DNA of 64,000 nt from Flavobacteriales bacterium (GCA_020635815.1 JACJZB010000006.1:40192-104191); one strand, 5' to 3'. Counted from the stretch's first letter, positions 32,050-41,320 are shown. Notes: a model not told the origin generated them from the sequence alone. Numbers and translations: made by a program.

Positions 32050-32736
32050 ATGAAAAAATTAAACTTAATCATATCCACTATTTTATTAGTTTGGTTATTC
32101 GGCAGTTCTTGTTCAAAAGATGAAAGTACACCAGTCCCAACACCAGTTACAACACCAATACCTACTTCTTCGGATGTAGTTCAAGATTTACTTGATAATG
32201 GGTTAACTCCAATTCAGGTATTCAATCAAGGTTATACATTATCCGAAATATATTGCAAGACTTATGGAGGGGGATATATCTTTTATTTAGACACTATCTC
32301 AGGTGAAGGTTTGGTTTGTTCAACAATTGATTTTGGAAATAACATAGAATGGGATGAAGCATATGCTTTTGTTAATGGAACTTCTTATTTTCATTATATT
32401 GGAAATACAGACACTACATTATGGTCAGGGGAACAAAATACAATTAATGTAGCATCTAGTAGCCCTAATTCAGCATGTGCACTAGTTGCTAATTATACTG
32501 GTAGTGGATATAGTGATTGGTTTATATCATCAAAGAATGAGAGTCGATTAATGCTTGAAGTTCTAGGAACAGAATTAGGATATAATATATTGAGTCACGG
32601 TATGTATTGGACATCTTCAGAGATTGATGAGAATCAAGCATGGGAATTCTTGAATACTGATAATTTAGGGAGTAGTGGAGTGTATTCATATTATAAAGGT
32701 ACAGGTCGGAATATTAGACCAGTTAGAAAGTTTTAG
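32050..32736 (+). CDS. Lipoprotein, DUF1566/Lcl-like domain
   Basis: Lipobox SSC, Pro/Thr linker, GGYIFYLD, GYSDWF, YWTSSE and IRPVRKF. Confidence 0.75.
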   Translation: MKKLNLIISTILLVWLFGSSCSKDESTPVPTPVTTPIPTSSDVVQDLLDNGLTPIQVFNQGYTLSEIYCKTYGGGYIFYLDTISGEGLVCSTIDFGNNIEWDEAYAFVNGTSYFHYIGNTDTTLWSGEQNTINVASSSPNSACALVANYTGSGYSDWFISSKNESRLMLEVLGTELGYNILSHGMYWTSSEIDENQAWEFLNTDNLGSSGVYSYYKGTGRNIRPVRKF

Positions 32737-32738
32737 AT

Positions 32739-33521
32739 ATGAAAAAAATAGTTTATTGTACATTCATAACCTTTTTTACTTTGGTTTCATGCTCAAAGGA
32801 CAATAATGATGAAGTACCTGTTCCAATAGTAACAACAACTCCTACACCTAACCCATCAATTGTTAGTAATCCAGGAAATGGAGTTATAGATGTAGATGGT
32901 AATGTTTATTCAAGTATCGTTTTAGGAAATGGACAAGAATGGATGTCCGAGAATTTAAGAACCTCAAAATATGCTAATGGAGACACTATACCTAATGTTT
33001 TTAATTCAACCCAATGGCAAGGATTAGCATCTGGTGCATATAGTTGGTACAATAATGACTCTATAGCTTATGAAAATCCATACGGAAAACTATATAATTG
33101 GTTCGTTGTTTCAGACCCAAGGAATGTCTGCCCAACAGGATGGCATATCCCAAGCGATGGAGATTGGAAAACCATAGAGAGCTACCTAGGAATGGATAGC
33201 ATGGAGTTGGATACCGTGAATACTTTATCAAGAGGAACTAGAGAAGGAGGAATGCTAAAAGAAACAGGAACAACACATTGGCTAACACCCAATGTAGGAG
33301 CTACCAATGAAATAAACTTTAACGCCAGAGGTGGAGGATATAAAGATAGGAATGCTTCATTTATATCAATTAATGGAGGTGGTTGGTGGTGGACTTCCAC
33401 TGAATTTAATTACGACACCACTTTAGCTTATTCAAGAGCAATAGGTTATGGAGATTCAACCATAGGAAGATGGATAGATGATAAAGGTCAAGGATATTCA
33501 ATTCGATGTATAAAAGATTAA
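32739..33521 (+). CDS. Lipoprotein with Fibrobacter succinogenes major paralogous (FISUMP) domain
   Basis: DVDGNVY, QEWMSENL, YGKLYNW, CPTGWHIP and GYSIRCIKD. Confidence 0.88.
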   Translation: MKKIVYCTFITFFTLVSCSKDNNDEVPVPIVTTTPTPNPSIVSNPGNGVIDVDGNVYSSIVLGNGQEWMSENLRTSKYANGDTIPNVFNSTQWQGLASGAYSWYNNDSIAYENPYGKLYNWFVVSDPRNVCPTGWHIPSDGDWKTIESYLGMDSMELDTVNTLSRGTREGGMLKETGTTHWLTPNVGATNEINFNARGGGYKDRNASFISINGGGWWWTSTEFNYDTTLAYSRAIGYGDSTIGRWIDDKGQGYSIRCIKD

Positions 33522-33532
33522 AACCAATAATT

Positions 33533-34024
33533 ATTAAAATAACCACACAAATATTACAATTAATACTAATAATAATATTTATTAGCTCTTGTAAAAAAGA
33601 AGAGAAAACACCAGCTCCAACACCAGTTCAAACAACGACACCGACAACAAATAATTTGGTCTTTGAAGATAATATTATTGGCGTTTGGAATATAGGTTCA
33701 CATGAATATAACTCTAATGGAGGAGCATATTACAACACTGGTAATACAGGAACAATGACATTTTTGTCAAATGGAACCTACACACATTCTGACTTTACCT
33801 ATGCTTGGCATTGTGTAATGGGAGCAAATTCAGCCGATTCTGGAACTTGGAGTTATGATTCAGCAAATAGTAAACTGACATAAATCTCAACCAAGCCTCA
33901 AGGGTCTTATCCTTACTCAACAATTATTGCAGATATATCAAGCTTTACAGCAAACGAGGTCATCTTTGTTTATCAAGGAAATGACTGCCCCGACCAGGGT
34001 ATAAGAATAACCTTGATTAGGTAA
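33533..34024 (+). pseudogene. Lipocalin-like lipoprotein interrupted by premature stop
   Basis: Lipobox SSC, IIGVW and GTWSY; after TAA 33881-33883 the frame stays open (ISTKPQ...ISSFTANEVIF...ITLIR*); probable start reads ATT. Confidence 0.6.
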
Positions 34025-34057
34025 TATTAAATCTATATATTTAAGTCAAATTATACA

Positions 34058-34276
34058 ATGATGAAACTAATAACAATTACAGAAAGGATAGGTACAACAC
34101 AAACCACATCCCATTTAATTAATGATAATATTGATAGACTCATAAGAACTCGATTAGGATTAGATGAATATGATAAATATTCTATACTAAAAATGTCACA
34201 ATCAGTAATTGATGAATCAACAGAAGGAAATAATCAAGCATTATTAATTATTAGTCTGTTAATCGAAATGGAATAA
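34058..34276 (+). CDS. Hypothetical small protein, paralog of 25930-26133
   Basis: IDRLI..RLG...ILKMSQS...LLIE. Confidence 0.65.
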   Translation: MMKLITITERIGTTQTTSHLINDNIDRLIRTRLGLDEYDKYSILKMSQSVIDESTEGNNQALLIISLLIEME

Positions 34277-34515
34277 GACCTTAATCCCAAAGAAAAGAAA
34301 TTTAAGTTCAAAAAATCTTTTCTTTGGTTCGTTTAACATATGTGTAATGTCATATTTCCTATATTGTGGCAACATAGGAAGCTCATTCCAATTAAATAAT
34401 ATAGATATATTTCTAAAATTCATCATATCTGATTAAAAATTCTTAATAAAAAGAATATAGACTAAAAGCAACAAAAAATAAAGTAAAAAATTTGATTTCC
34501 TAAGATGAATTGCTT

Positions 34516-34715
34516 ATAATTATTTTGGTTTGATTCCGACAATAACAGTTTTGCTTCTGGGGGCGTTGCTTTCTGAGTCGGAATTTTCTTGAAAGACGGC
34601 AAGTAAATTTTTGCTTTTTTTAGTGAAAAATCCTCAAACCTCATGTCAAATATGGCTATGGGGGAAGGGGGCGTTTCCAATTTTTGGAATTTCACTGAAT
34701 CTGGCAAGGATTATT
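34516..34715 (+). ncRNA. Candidate structured RNA (unassigned)
   Basis: GC-enriched intergenic tract with several nested stems; G-U pairs favour the + strand. Confidence 0.4.
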
Positions 34716-34723
34716 AGTAATAC

Positions 34724-37090
34724 TTAAGAGTGTTTCTTATTTCTTAGAAAAAACCATATTCCAGTAACGAAAGCAAATAATAGTAGTAACCAATATAAAA
34801 CTACCTTATCTTCCTTTTCATTTTCAACCTCAAAAACTACATCTTCTCCAATCAATTGATGTCCTGCCCAATAATACGGAGCAGCTAATTTGGAATTTGG
34901 AGCATTATTCATGGTATTTATTTTGGCTTCGTGCAAAGCCTCAATGGTAGAATTACCTTGTTCTAAGATATTATAAAAGTCGGCTAATAATTGATTTGAT
35001 TGTTTGTCGTCCACTTCCCAAATATTACTTAACGTATTTGTAACACCTAAAGCATGAAAAATTCTTACAAAACCATCAATTCCATCACCAACATAATATT
35101 TGCCTAAAGCAGAGTTGCAGGTGTTTAGAACTACTAATTGTGAGTTTAATTTACTGTTAGTTATTTTTTCAGGATACAAAACAGTATCACTAAATACCAG
35201 TCCTGAGTTAGAACTATATTCTTGGTCTATTAATCCATGTGAACTTACATGTATGATAGAACTTTTGGAAGTTAGAAAGTGTAAAGTTGTTGCTTCTTCT
35301 TTAATATAACTTTTAGTATTTTTTTGTTGACCAAGCTCTTTTACCAACTTTTCTGAAAATGGCAACTGAGATAAGTTTAAATTTGGATTGTAAGGAGCAA
35401 AAGCTGTAATTGTAAATTCAAGTTTTTCTGTAGACAAAGTATTTCTAAACATTAATGACGACAAACAATATTCGGTTTCTATATGATGAATTAGGTAGTC
35501 TAATTTTCTGTAATCCTGTAATTCAATATTTTGTTTGCTTACCATTAAAGCTTCGAAAGGCACATTTGTAAAAATTCCTGTTGGACAAACTATCATTCTA
35601 TTGTACTCCTTTAACTTCAAATTACTAAAAAGTACTTGGTATATCTTGGTGGCACTATTTGTATAATTATGATAATTTTGTTCGATAATGGCTTTTTTAA
35701 AAGATTTAATATCCTTTCCAATTCTTGAAATTTCTTTTACCCAAACACTATCTTGAGTTACAAAAATTAGGTGAATATTATCAATTAAAAATTCGAGGTA
35801 CAATTCATCGGGTTTCAACTTCTGTTGAAGTTTCTTTAATGAGTAATTATCATTTAAGGATAAAGAGTTATTCTTAATTATATCGTAATACTTTAGTTTG
35901 CAATTAACTCTAAAAATAGTATCCAATGACCAGTCTAATTTTGCTTCTTTTTTTAATAACTCGATGCTTATTGTTTCTTCAAAAGGAATTAAATTATAGA
36001 TGGCTAAATTCTGGTTGGTATTTTTTGATTGAAATTCTTTATAAAGTATAGCCCAAAGTTGAGTAGCCATCTTGTTTATTGATTCCGATTTTAATAAGTA
36101 GTTGTTATCTTTTGTTCTATTAAATTGATTTATTAAGGTTGCTGTATAATACTTTAGACACATTAATACAGCCTCTTTATTTGCAAGCAAAGTAAGTTGA
36201 TTAATGGTATAATGTTTTGAGTTTAATCCATAAGCATATAATGCTTTTTCATAATCTTTTTCAGCTAATTCAATTGCATTAGAAATTTTATTTTGATTAA
36301 CTGTTTTATAAAAAAATGCTCGAACAAAATAACTCAATGCAATATCGGGATGTTTCGAACCATATTCCTGCTGAAGAATATAAATAGCAATATCGTAATA
36401 CTTCATTCCAGTATTATAACACTCATAAGCCTTTTTATCAGATATGGAAGATTCCATATCGAAAACATCAATATAAGTATTTGCCAATAAATGATACGTT
36501 TTAGCCAAAGTCTCTTTTGGCGTTTTATATTTTTCTTGAAATGCTATGGACTTTAAATAATAAGGTCTTATTACTTTTTCATATAAATTTATTTTTTCAG
36601 CATTATCTGGAAATTGTTGTTTGTACGATTGAGCTAAAACGTTCCAAATTTTATAAATCTTAATCTCCTTTTGTTGTTCAATGTTTAGGTCTTGAATCAA
36701 GGTAAGGCAGGAATCAGCATAAACCTTAGCTAATGGACTATTTATTTTTTCGTAATAATAATTGGCTAGCAAAGCATAATTCCATGCTAGATGGTAATCA
36801 TATTTTGAATAAATCTTATTTCTTTGCTCATTACTCTTTAACCACCACTCATGCGCCCCATCAATATCACCAGATAATTTTAAAATATCCCCTTTTAATT
36901 GAAAAAGAACGGTTTTATCCAGGTGTTCGTGGTCTTTTTGTATTTGAAGATTGATTAACGAATCCGCTCCTTTAAGGTTTCCCTTGAAAATAGATGATTC
37001 AATATCTATATAAGAAGTTTGACCTTTTACATTAATAACAATTAAATAAATTACTATCAGGATAATTATATATTTGAATGAGTATTGCAT
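34724..37090 (-). CDS. TPR-CHAT (caspase-like) protease, signal peptide and C-terminal TM helix
   Basis: IIHVSSHG and LVVLNTC His/Cys dyad, NIWEVDD, PYYWAG; hydrophobic N- and C-termini. Confidence 0.9.
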   Translation of the reverse strand: MQYSFKYIIILIVIYLIVINVKGQTSYIDIESSIFKGNLKGADSLINLQIQKDHEHLDKTVLFQLKGDILKLSGDIDGAHEWWLKSNEQRNKIYSKYDYHLAWNYALLANYYYEKINSPLAKVYADSCLTLIQDLNIEQQKEIKIYKIWNVLAQSYKQQFPDNAEKINLYEKVIRPYYLKSIAFQEKYKTPKETLAKTYHLLANTYIDVFDMESSISDKKAYECYNTGMKYYDIAIYILQQEYGSKHPDIALSYFVRAFFYKTVNQNKISNAIELAEKDYEKALYAYGLNSKHYTINQLTLLANKEAVLMCLKYYTATLINQFNRTKDNNYLLKSESINKMATQLWAILYKEFQSKNTNQNLAIYNLIPFEETISIELLKKEAKLDWSLDTIFRVNCKLKYYDIIKNNSLSLNDNYSLKKLQQKLKPDELYLEFLIDNIHLIFVTQDSVWVKEISRIGKDIKSFKKAIIEQNYHNYTNSATKIYQVLFSNLKLKEYNRMIVCPTGIFTNVPFEALMVSKQNIELQDYRKLDYLIHHIETEYCLSSLMFRNTLSTEKLEFTITAFAPYNPNLNLSQLPFSEKLVKELGQQKNTKSYIKEEATTLHFLTSKSSIIHVSSHGLIDQEYSSNSGLVFSDTVLYPEKITNSKLNSQLVVLNTCNSALGKYYVGDGIDGFVRIFHALGVTNTLSNIWEVDDKQSNQLLADFYNILEQGNSTIEALHEAKINTMNNAPNSKLAAPYYWAGHQLIGEDVVFEVENEKEDKVVLYWLLLLFAFVTGIWFFLRNKKHS

Positions 37091-37094
37091 TTTT

Positions 37095-37313
37095 TTAATC
37101 CACTTTCACCAAATCTTCAATCTTCATATTAAGGGCTGAAGCAATTTCTCGAAGCTTATTAATTGTACTATTGACCTTTCCAGATTCAATTCTGGCCAAA
37201 GACGAACGGTCTATTTCTGATTTTTCAGCGAACTCTTCTTGGGTTAAATTCATTTTTTTTCTAGCATTTGCTATGTTTTCTCCTAATTTTTCTAAATATT
37301 TTTTATCTCTCAT
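37095..37313 (-). CDS. XRE-family HTH transcriptional regulator
   Basis: LGENI..AR...LTQEEFA...RSSLARIESG..N. Confidence 0.9.
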   Translation of the reverse strand: MRDKKYLEKLGENIANARKKMNLTQEEFAEKSEIDRSSLARIESGKVNSTINKLREIASALNMKIEDLVKVD

Positions 37314-37540
37314 TGCTTAGTGTTTTCAATATTCTTATACGCAAACTTAAATATTTTGTTGCAGATGTGCAACATTTTTATTTTATTTACGTATAACCAA
37401 CAGAACGCAATCATTTTTTAGTGTTCATCCCCAATTCTTTCTTCAGGTTCGTGAAGCAAGATTTTATCAAAATAAATACATTTTAAACATTTTCAATCTT
37501 CAAAGAGATTGGAATATTATAAACTTAAACCTTAGAAATT

Positions 37541-38794
37541 ATGAAAACGAAAAAAGTAAAAATAAACTGTCCAGAATGTAAAACAATATTGGACGTAGAT
37601 GAATTATTAGTAAATCAATTTGAGGACTCTATCCGTAAAGACCTCCAATCGGAATTAAAAAAACGTGAAGAAGAATTACTGGAGCAAAGAAAAGAGTACA
37701 AAGAAATGTCTCTTAAACTTGAAAAAGAAAAAGGTGATATTGATGAGCTAGTAAACGAAAAAGTAAAATCTCAACTTCACACTAGAGAAGAAGCAATTAA
37801 AAATGCTATTCGAAAAGAAGTAAATGATGAAAAGATTCAACAACTTCAGGATTTAGAAGATGAGCTAAAACGTAAAAGCTCTCAACTGGTGGAGCTGAAT
37901 CAGACCAAAGCTAAACTTCAACGTTTAAGTCGAGAATTTGAGGAAAAAGAAGCAATGATTATTTTACAGAAAGAAAAGGAATTGTCTGAGAGATTGGATG
38001 CCGCAAAGACATCCATGAAAGAGGAATTGCAGATGGAGAGCTTTCTTAAGATTAAAGAGAAAGAAAACATTATTGAATCTTTAACTCAAAAACTAGATGA
38101 AGCTCGTCAAAGAGCTACTCAAGGCAGTATGCAACGCCAGGGTGAAGCTCAGGAGCTTGTTATCGAAGAATTATTGAATGAATTATATCCTTATGATACT
38201 ATTGAAGAAATAAAGAAAGGTGCGAACGGAGCAGATTGTATTCAGACCATCAGAACTCAAAGTGGAATTGAAGCTGGGAAGATTCTTTATGAAAGTAAGA
38301 ATACCAAAAGCTGGAGTAATTCATTTGTGAAAAAGTTGAAGCAAGATAACTTAGGTACAAAAGCCGATATTATGGTTATCGTTACGAAAACCCTTCCAAA
38401 AGAAATTGATGGAAAATATGGATTGGTAGAAGGTGTTTGGGTTACTACACTTTCCAACTTAAGAGACCTGTCATTATTATTACGTTATGGTCTATTAAAA
38501 ACTCATGCGGTGATGATTACTCAGGAAGACAAAAAAGACAAGATGAGTTTGTTGTATAATTATCTTACTTCAGAGGAGTTCAAATCTGTTTTTGAATCAA
38601 TCTTGGATGGATTCAAGAGCCTGCAGGATTCTCATCACGATGAACAGCGTAAATTGCAGTTATTGTGGAAACGCAGAACAAAACATTTAGAGCAAGTACT
38701 TGGTAGTACAATTGAGTTTTATGGTAGCATAAAAAGCATCTCAGAAAATTCAATTCCAATTATTCCAATGCTTGAAATTCGAAAAGCAAGTTAA
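37541..38794 (+). CDS. DUF2130 domain protein (Zn ribbon, coiled coil, PD-(D/E)XK-like C-domain)
   Basis: CPEC, QGSMQRQGEAQE, GADC and ILYESKNTK. Confidence 0.88.
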   Translation: MKTKKVKINCPECKTILDVDELLVNQFEDSIRKDLQSELKKREEELLEQRKEYKEMSLKLEKEKGDIDELVNEKVKSQLHTREEAIKNAIRKEVNDEKIQQLQDLEDELKRKSSQLVELNQTKAKLQRLSREFEEKEAMIILQKEKELSERLDAAKTSMKEELQMESFLKIKEKENIIESLTQKLDEARQRATQGSMQRQGEAQELVIEELLNELYPYDTIEEIKKGANGADCIQTIRTQSGIEAGKILYESKNTKSWSNSFVKKLKQDNLGTKADIMVIVTKTLPKEIDGKYGLVEGVWVTTLSNLRDLSLLLRYGLLKTHAVMITQEDKKDKMSLLYNYLTSEEFKSVFESILDGFKSLQDSHHDEQRKLQLLWKRRTKHLEQVLGSTIEFYGSIKSISENSIPIIPMLEIRKAS

Positions 38795-38859
38795 CGATTT
38801 AGCATTCAGTTAAATCAATTAAGCAAAGCGGGATAATTCCGCTGAGCAAGTATTAACAT

Positions 38860-39005
38860 TCCAACAAAAAGGACTGGAGCTAAAAGCTCGGTATGATAGT
38901 TAATTCGAATAGATTACGAACAGCACATAAATCTATTCGATTTAATCATCAGTCGGAATTCTCAGTAATGGGGATTAATGGGGATTCTCATGCCTTTTTG
39001 TTGGA
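38860..39005 (+). ncRNA. Candidate multi-branched structured RNA in leader of transposase 2
   Basis: 13-bp perfect closing stem TCCAACAAAAAGG/CCTTTTTGTTGGA enclosing several hairpins. Confidence 0.5.
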
Positions 39006-39025
39006 TTAAAAAAACTTTAGAAACT

Positions 39026-40153
39026 ATGAAAAAAGAACTTAAACATCCAAAATATAGTTTAGAATCTCACGAAGAGAGATTTGGAACTGAAGAAAAATGT
39101 CGACAATATATAGCTGAACTACGTTGGGAAAATGGAGTTCCTACATGTCCTCATAAAGAATGTAGAAATATGTATATGAATTATTACATCAGTTCCAGGA
39201 AGGTATGGTATTGTAGCAAGTGTAAAAAACAATTTAGTATTACTAAAGGAACTATTTTTGAATCATCAAATCTCCCTTTAACTTTATGGTTTAAGGCTAT
39301 CTATTACTTTACCATTCATAAGCGAGGGTTAAGCTCTTGCCAGCTATCAAGGAACTTAGGCACTGAACAGCGTACTGCTTGGTTCATACTACATCGCTTA
39401 AGAGAAGCTTTGAATAATAATGATAGCTTAAACCTTGATGGAGAAGTTGAAGTTGATGAAACTTTCATAGCTCCAGTATTAGGAAAAGATGTTAGGCTTC
39501 AGAGTAAAAAGCAAAAACATGATGCTGAACAAGAAAAAATTCATGGATTATCCGATTATAAAAAAAGAAAACTGCGAGGTTATCCACTTAAAACTAATCG
39601 TCAAAAAGGAGTAACGAAAGAGGTTATTGAACAAAGAAAGATAGAAAAAGCATTATTGGGCGAAAGAAAGAACTTTGAACAACCTATTGTTGTGTTTGGC
39701 ATACTTCAACGAAATGGAAAAATACACTTGGAAGTATTAGGTAAAGGAGATGGTGAAGCAAGAAAAGAAAATATTTTTCCAATAATAAAAAGACATGTAA
39801 CTAGTAAATCTATTATTGTCTCAGACCAATCAAGCATATATAAAACTATTAAAAAGTTCTTTGGAGAACATCAATATGTAAATCATTCAAAGGGTTATGT
39901 AATTAAAGGAATTCATATTAATGGAATTGAGAACGTTTTTAAACACCTTAAGAAGATGATTAAAGGAACATTTTTTCACATAAAGCTTCATCATTTTCAA
40001 AATTATCTCTTTGAACACTCATTTAGGTGGAATGTCCTGAAAAAATCGGATAGAGAAAAAGTTGATGAATTTTTTCCTGAAATCTTGGGCAAACGTTTAA
40101 AGTATGGTGATTTAATCAGCAGAACTTTTAATCCTTTAAACTTTGCAGCATGA
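39026..40153 (+). CDS. IS1595-family transposase 2
   Basis: Zn ribbon CPH..C...CSKC, TKGTIF, VEVDETF, IVSDQ, NGIENVF and LFEHSFRWN; likely start MKKELK (ORF track opens at 38978). Confidence 0.92.
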   Translation: MKKELKHPKYSLESHEERFGTEEKCRQYIAELRWENGVPTCPHKECRNMYMNYYISSRKVWYCSKCKKQFSITKGTIFESSNLPLTLWFKAIYYFTIHKRGLSSCQLSRNLGTEQRTAWFILHRLREALNNNDSLNLDGEVEVDETFIAPVLGKDVRLQSKKQKHDAEQEKIHGLSDYKKRKLRGYPLKTNRQKGVTKEVIEQRKIEKALLGERKNFEQPIVVFGILQRNGKIHLEVLGKGDGEARKENIFPIIKRHVTSKSIIVSDQSSIYKTIKKFFGEHQYVNHSKGYVIKGIHINGIENVFKHLKKMIKGTFFHIKLHHFQNYLFEHSFRWNVLKKSDREKVDEFFPEILGKRLKYGDLISRTFNPLNFAA

Positions 40154-40470
40154 AAGGGTATACTTATAAATTAACCGATTTAATGAAGGTTCTCCGAGAC
40201 CAAAGACGTAGGAGGTATCAAGGAATAAACGTGTTATTGTCCATTTTTGGAGACGATTCTATAGAGCCTATTCGTAGAAATTATTTAATAATTGCTGGAT
40301 TAAGAGCTATAGGGTTGTATGAAATTGGTAATAATTATGACCGAAGAAAAGATTTTAACGATGCTCCGAAAAGAGTGAATGGTAAAATTAAAGGAGAAAT
40401 TGTTCCTGCAGAATTATTTAGGTGTCATTTGATGAATGCAATTGTGCAGTTTGATTTTATATTGAATTAA
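40150..40470 (+). CDS. Hypothetical protein translationally coupled to transposase 2
   Basis: ATGA overlap with the transposase stop. Confidence 0.6.
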   Translation: MKGYTYKLTDLMKVLRDQRRRRYQGINVLLSIFGDDSIEPIRRNYLIIAGLRAIGLYEIGNNYDRRKDFNDAPKRVNGKIKGEIVPAELFRCHLMNAIVQFDFILN

Positions 40471-40502
40471 TATGTATCTTGTTTCTTTCAAATTTAATAA
40501 TT

Positions 40503-41021
40503 ATGCCTCAAAATGCTAAAACCTTTGTTGTAAGTTCTTTTGAAGAGTTTATAAATGAAAATGTAGGAGAAAATAATATTTTACGTTCTTATATCGCTAA
40601 AACTGTTAAAGAATTTTTGTTAGAACAGCAAGAGGAAGAAGAAGCGCACTTAAGAATGGAGAAAAACCTAGAAATTATAAAAAACATATGGAAAGAAGGA
40701 GCCATTCAAAAGTTAAGAGATATAGCAAACAAAATTAACCATGAAATTGTCTATAAAGGGGGGAGAAAAATAGGGAGAACATGCTTGACTAAAGAGGGGA
40801 GATTAACAAATTACCATGGTGCTGGAGATAATTATAAAGATTTAGCTATTGTTATTGATGATATAACAGATGTAGATTTAATAAAAGCTCTTGAAGGTTT
40901 CTTTATTGATTATTTTATGATTATTAAGCTAGTAGAATTAGATAATTCTGATGGTCAAGGTAGAGGTCAAGAAGAATGTAAAGATTCTGTTATTCATAAA
41001 TTATATGTCTGTCTTGGTTAA
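40503..41021 (+). CDS. Hypothetical protein with phage-like N-terminal motif
   Basis: Likely ATG 40503 MPQNAKTFVVSSFEEFINE... Confidence 0.6.
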   Translation: MPQNAKTFVVSSFEEFINENVGENNILRSYIAKTVKEFLLEQQEEEEAHLRMEKNLEIIKNIWKEGAIQKLRDIANKINHEIVYKGGRKIGRTCLTKEGRLTNYHGAGDNYKDLAIVIDDITDVDLIKALEGFFIDYFMIIKLVELDNSDGQGRGQEECKDSVIHKLYVCLG

Positions 41022-41320
41022 AAATATTCTTTTTTAAGAATACATTCTCCAAAATTTATTCTTGATATAGGGTATTTTTCTTTGATTCTATCATAGAATT
41101 CTAGTGCAGGTTGTTTCAAATAAAATCGTTCATTAAATGTTTTGATTTCGTCTCCTTCAAGATTGAAAACAGTACCCCATACTGAATAACTTAATTCAGA
41201 ATCATCACACTTATTTACCTCCTTATATCTAACATAAGATTGTACTTCTGTACCATTTTCTCGGAACCACTTTAATAGCTTCGGGCAACCATTATCATAA
41301 CAATCTAAAACTTCTATCAT
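41018..41320 (-). CDS. Hypothetical protein
   Basis: Likely start MIEVLDC at 41320, preceded by CTACCTATTTATA. Confidence 0.55.
   Translation of the reverse strand: MIEVLDCYDNGCPKLLKWFRENGTEVQSYVRYKEVNKCDDSELSYSVWGTVFNLEGDEIKTFNERFYLKQPALEFYDRIKEKYPISRINFGECILKKEYF

Noticed and set aside
32050-33521. Lcl-like and FISUMP proteins as diversity-generating retroelement targets
   Set aside because: No reverse transcriptase and no template/variable repeat pair seen in the window
34462-34707. 81-aa minus-strand ORF
   Set aside because: TTG start, atypical composition, overlaps the structured tract; more likely non-coding
34724-37090. CHAT protease as part of a type III-E CRISPR system
   Set aside because: No Cas7-11, no array, and the protein appears exported
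38860-39005. Retron msr-msd (long closing inverted repeat plus hairpin)
   Set aside because: No reverse transcriptase in the element or window
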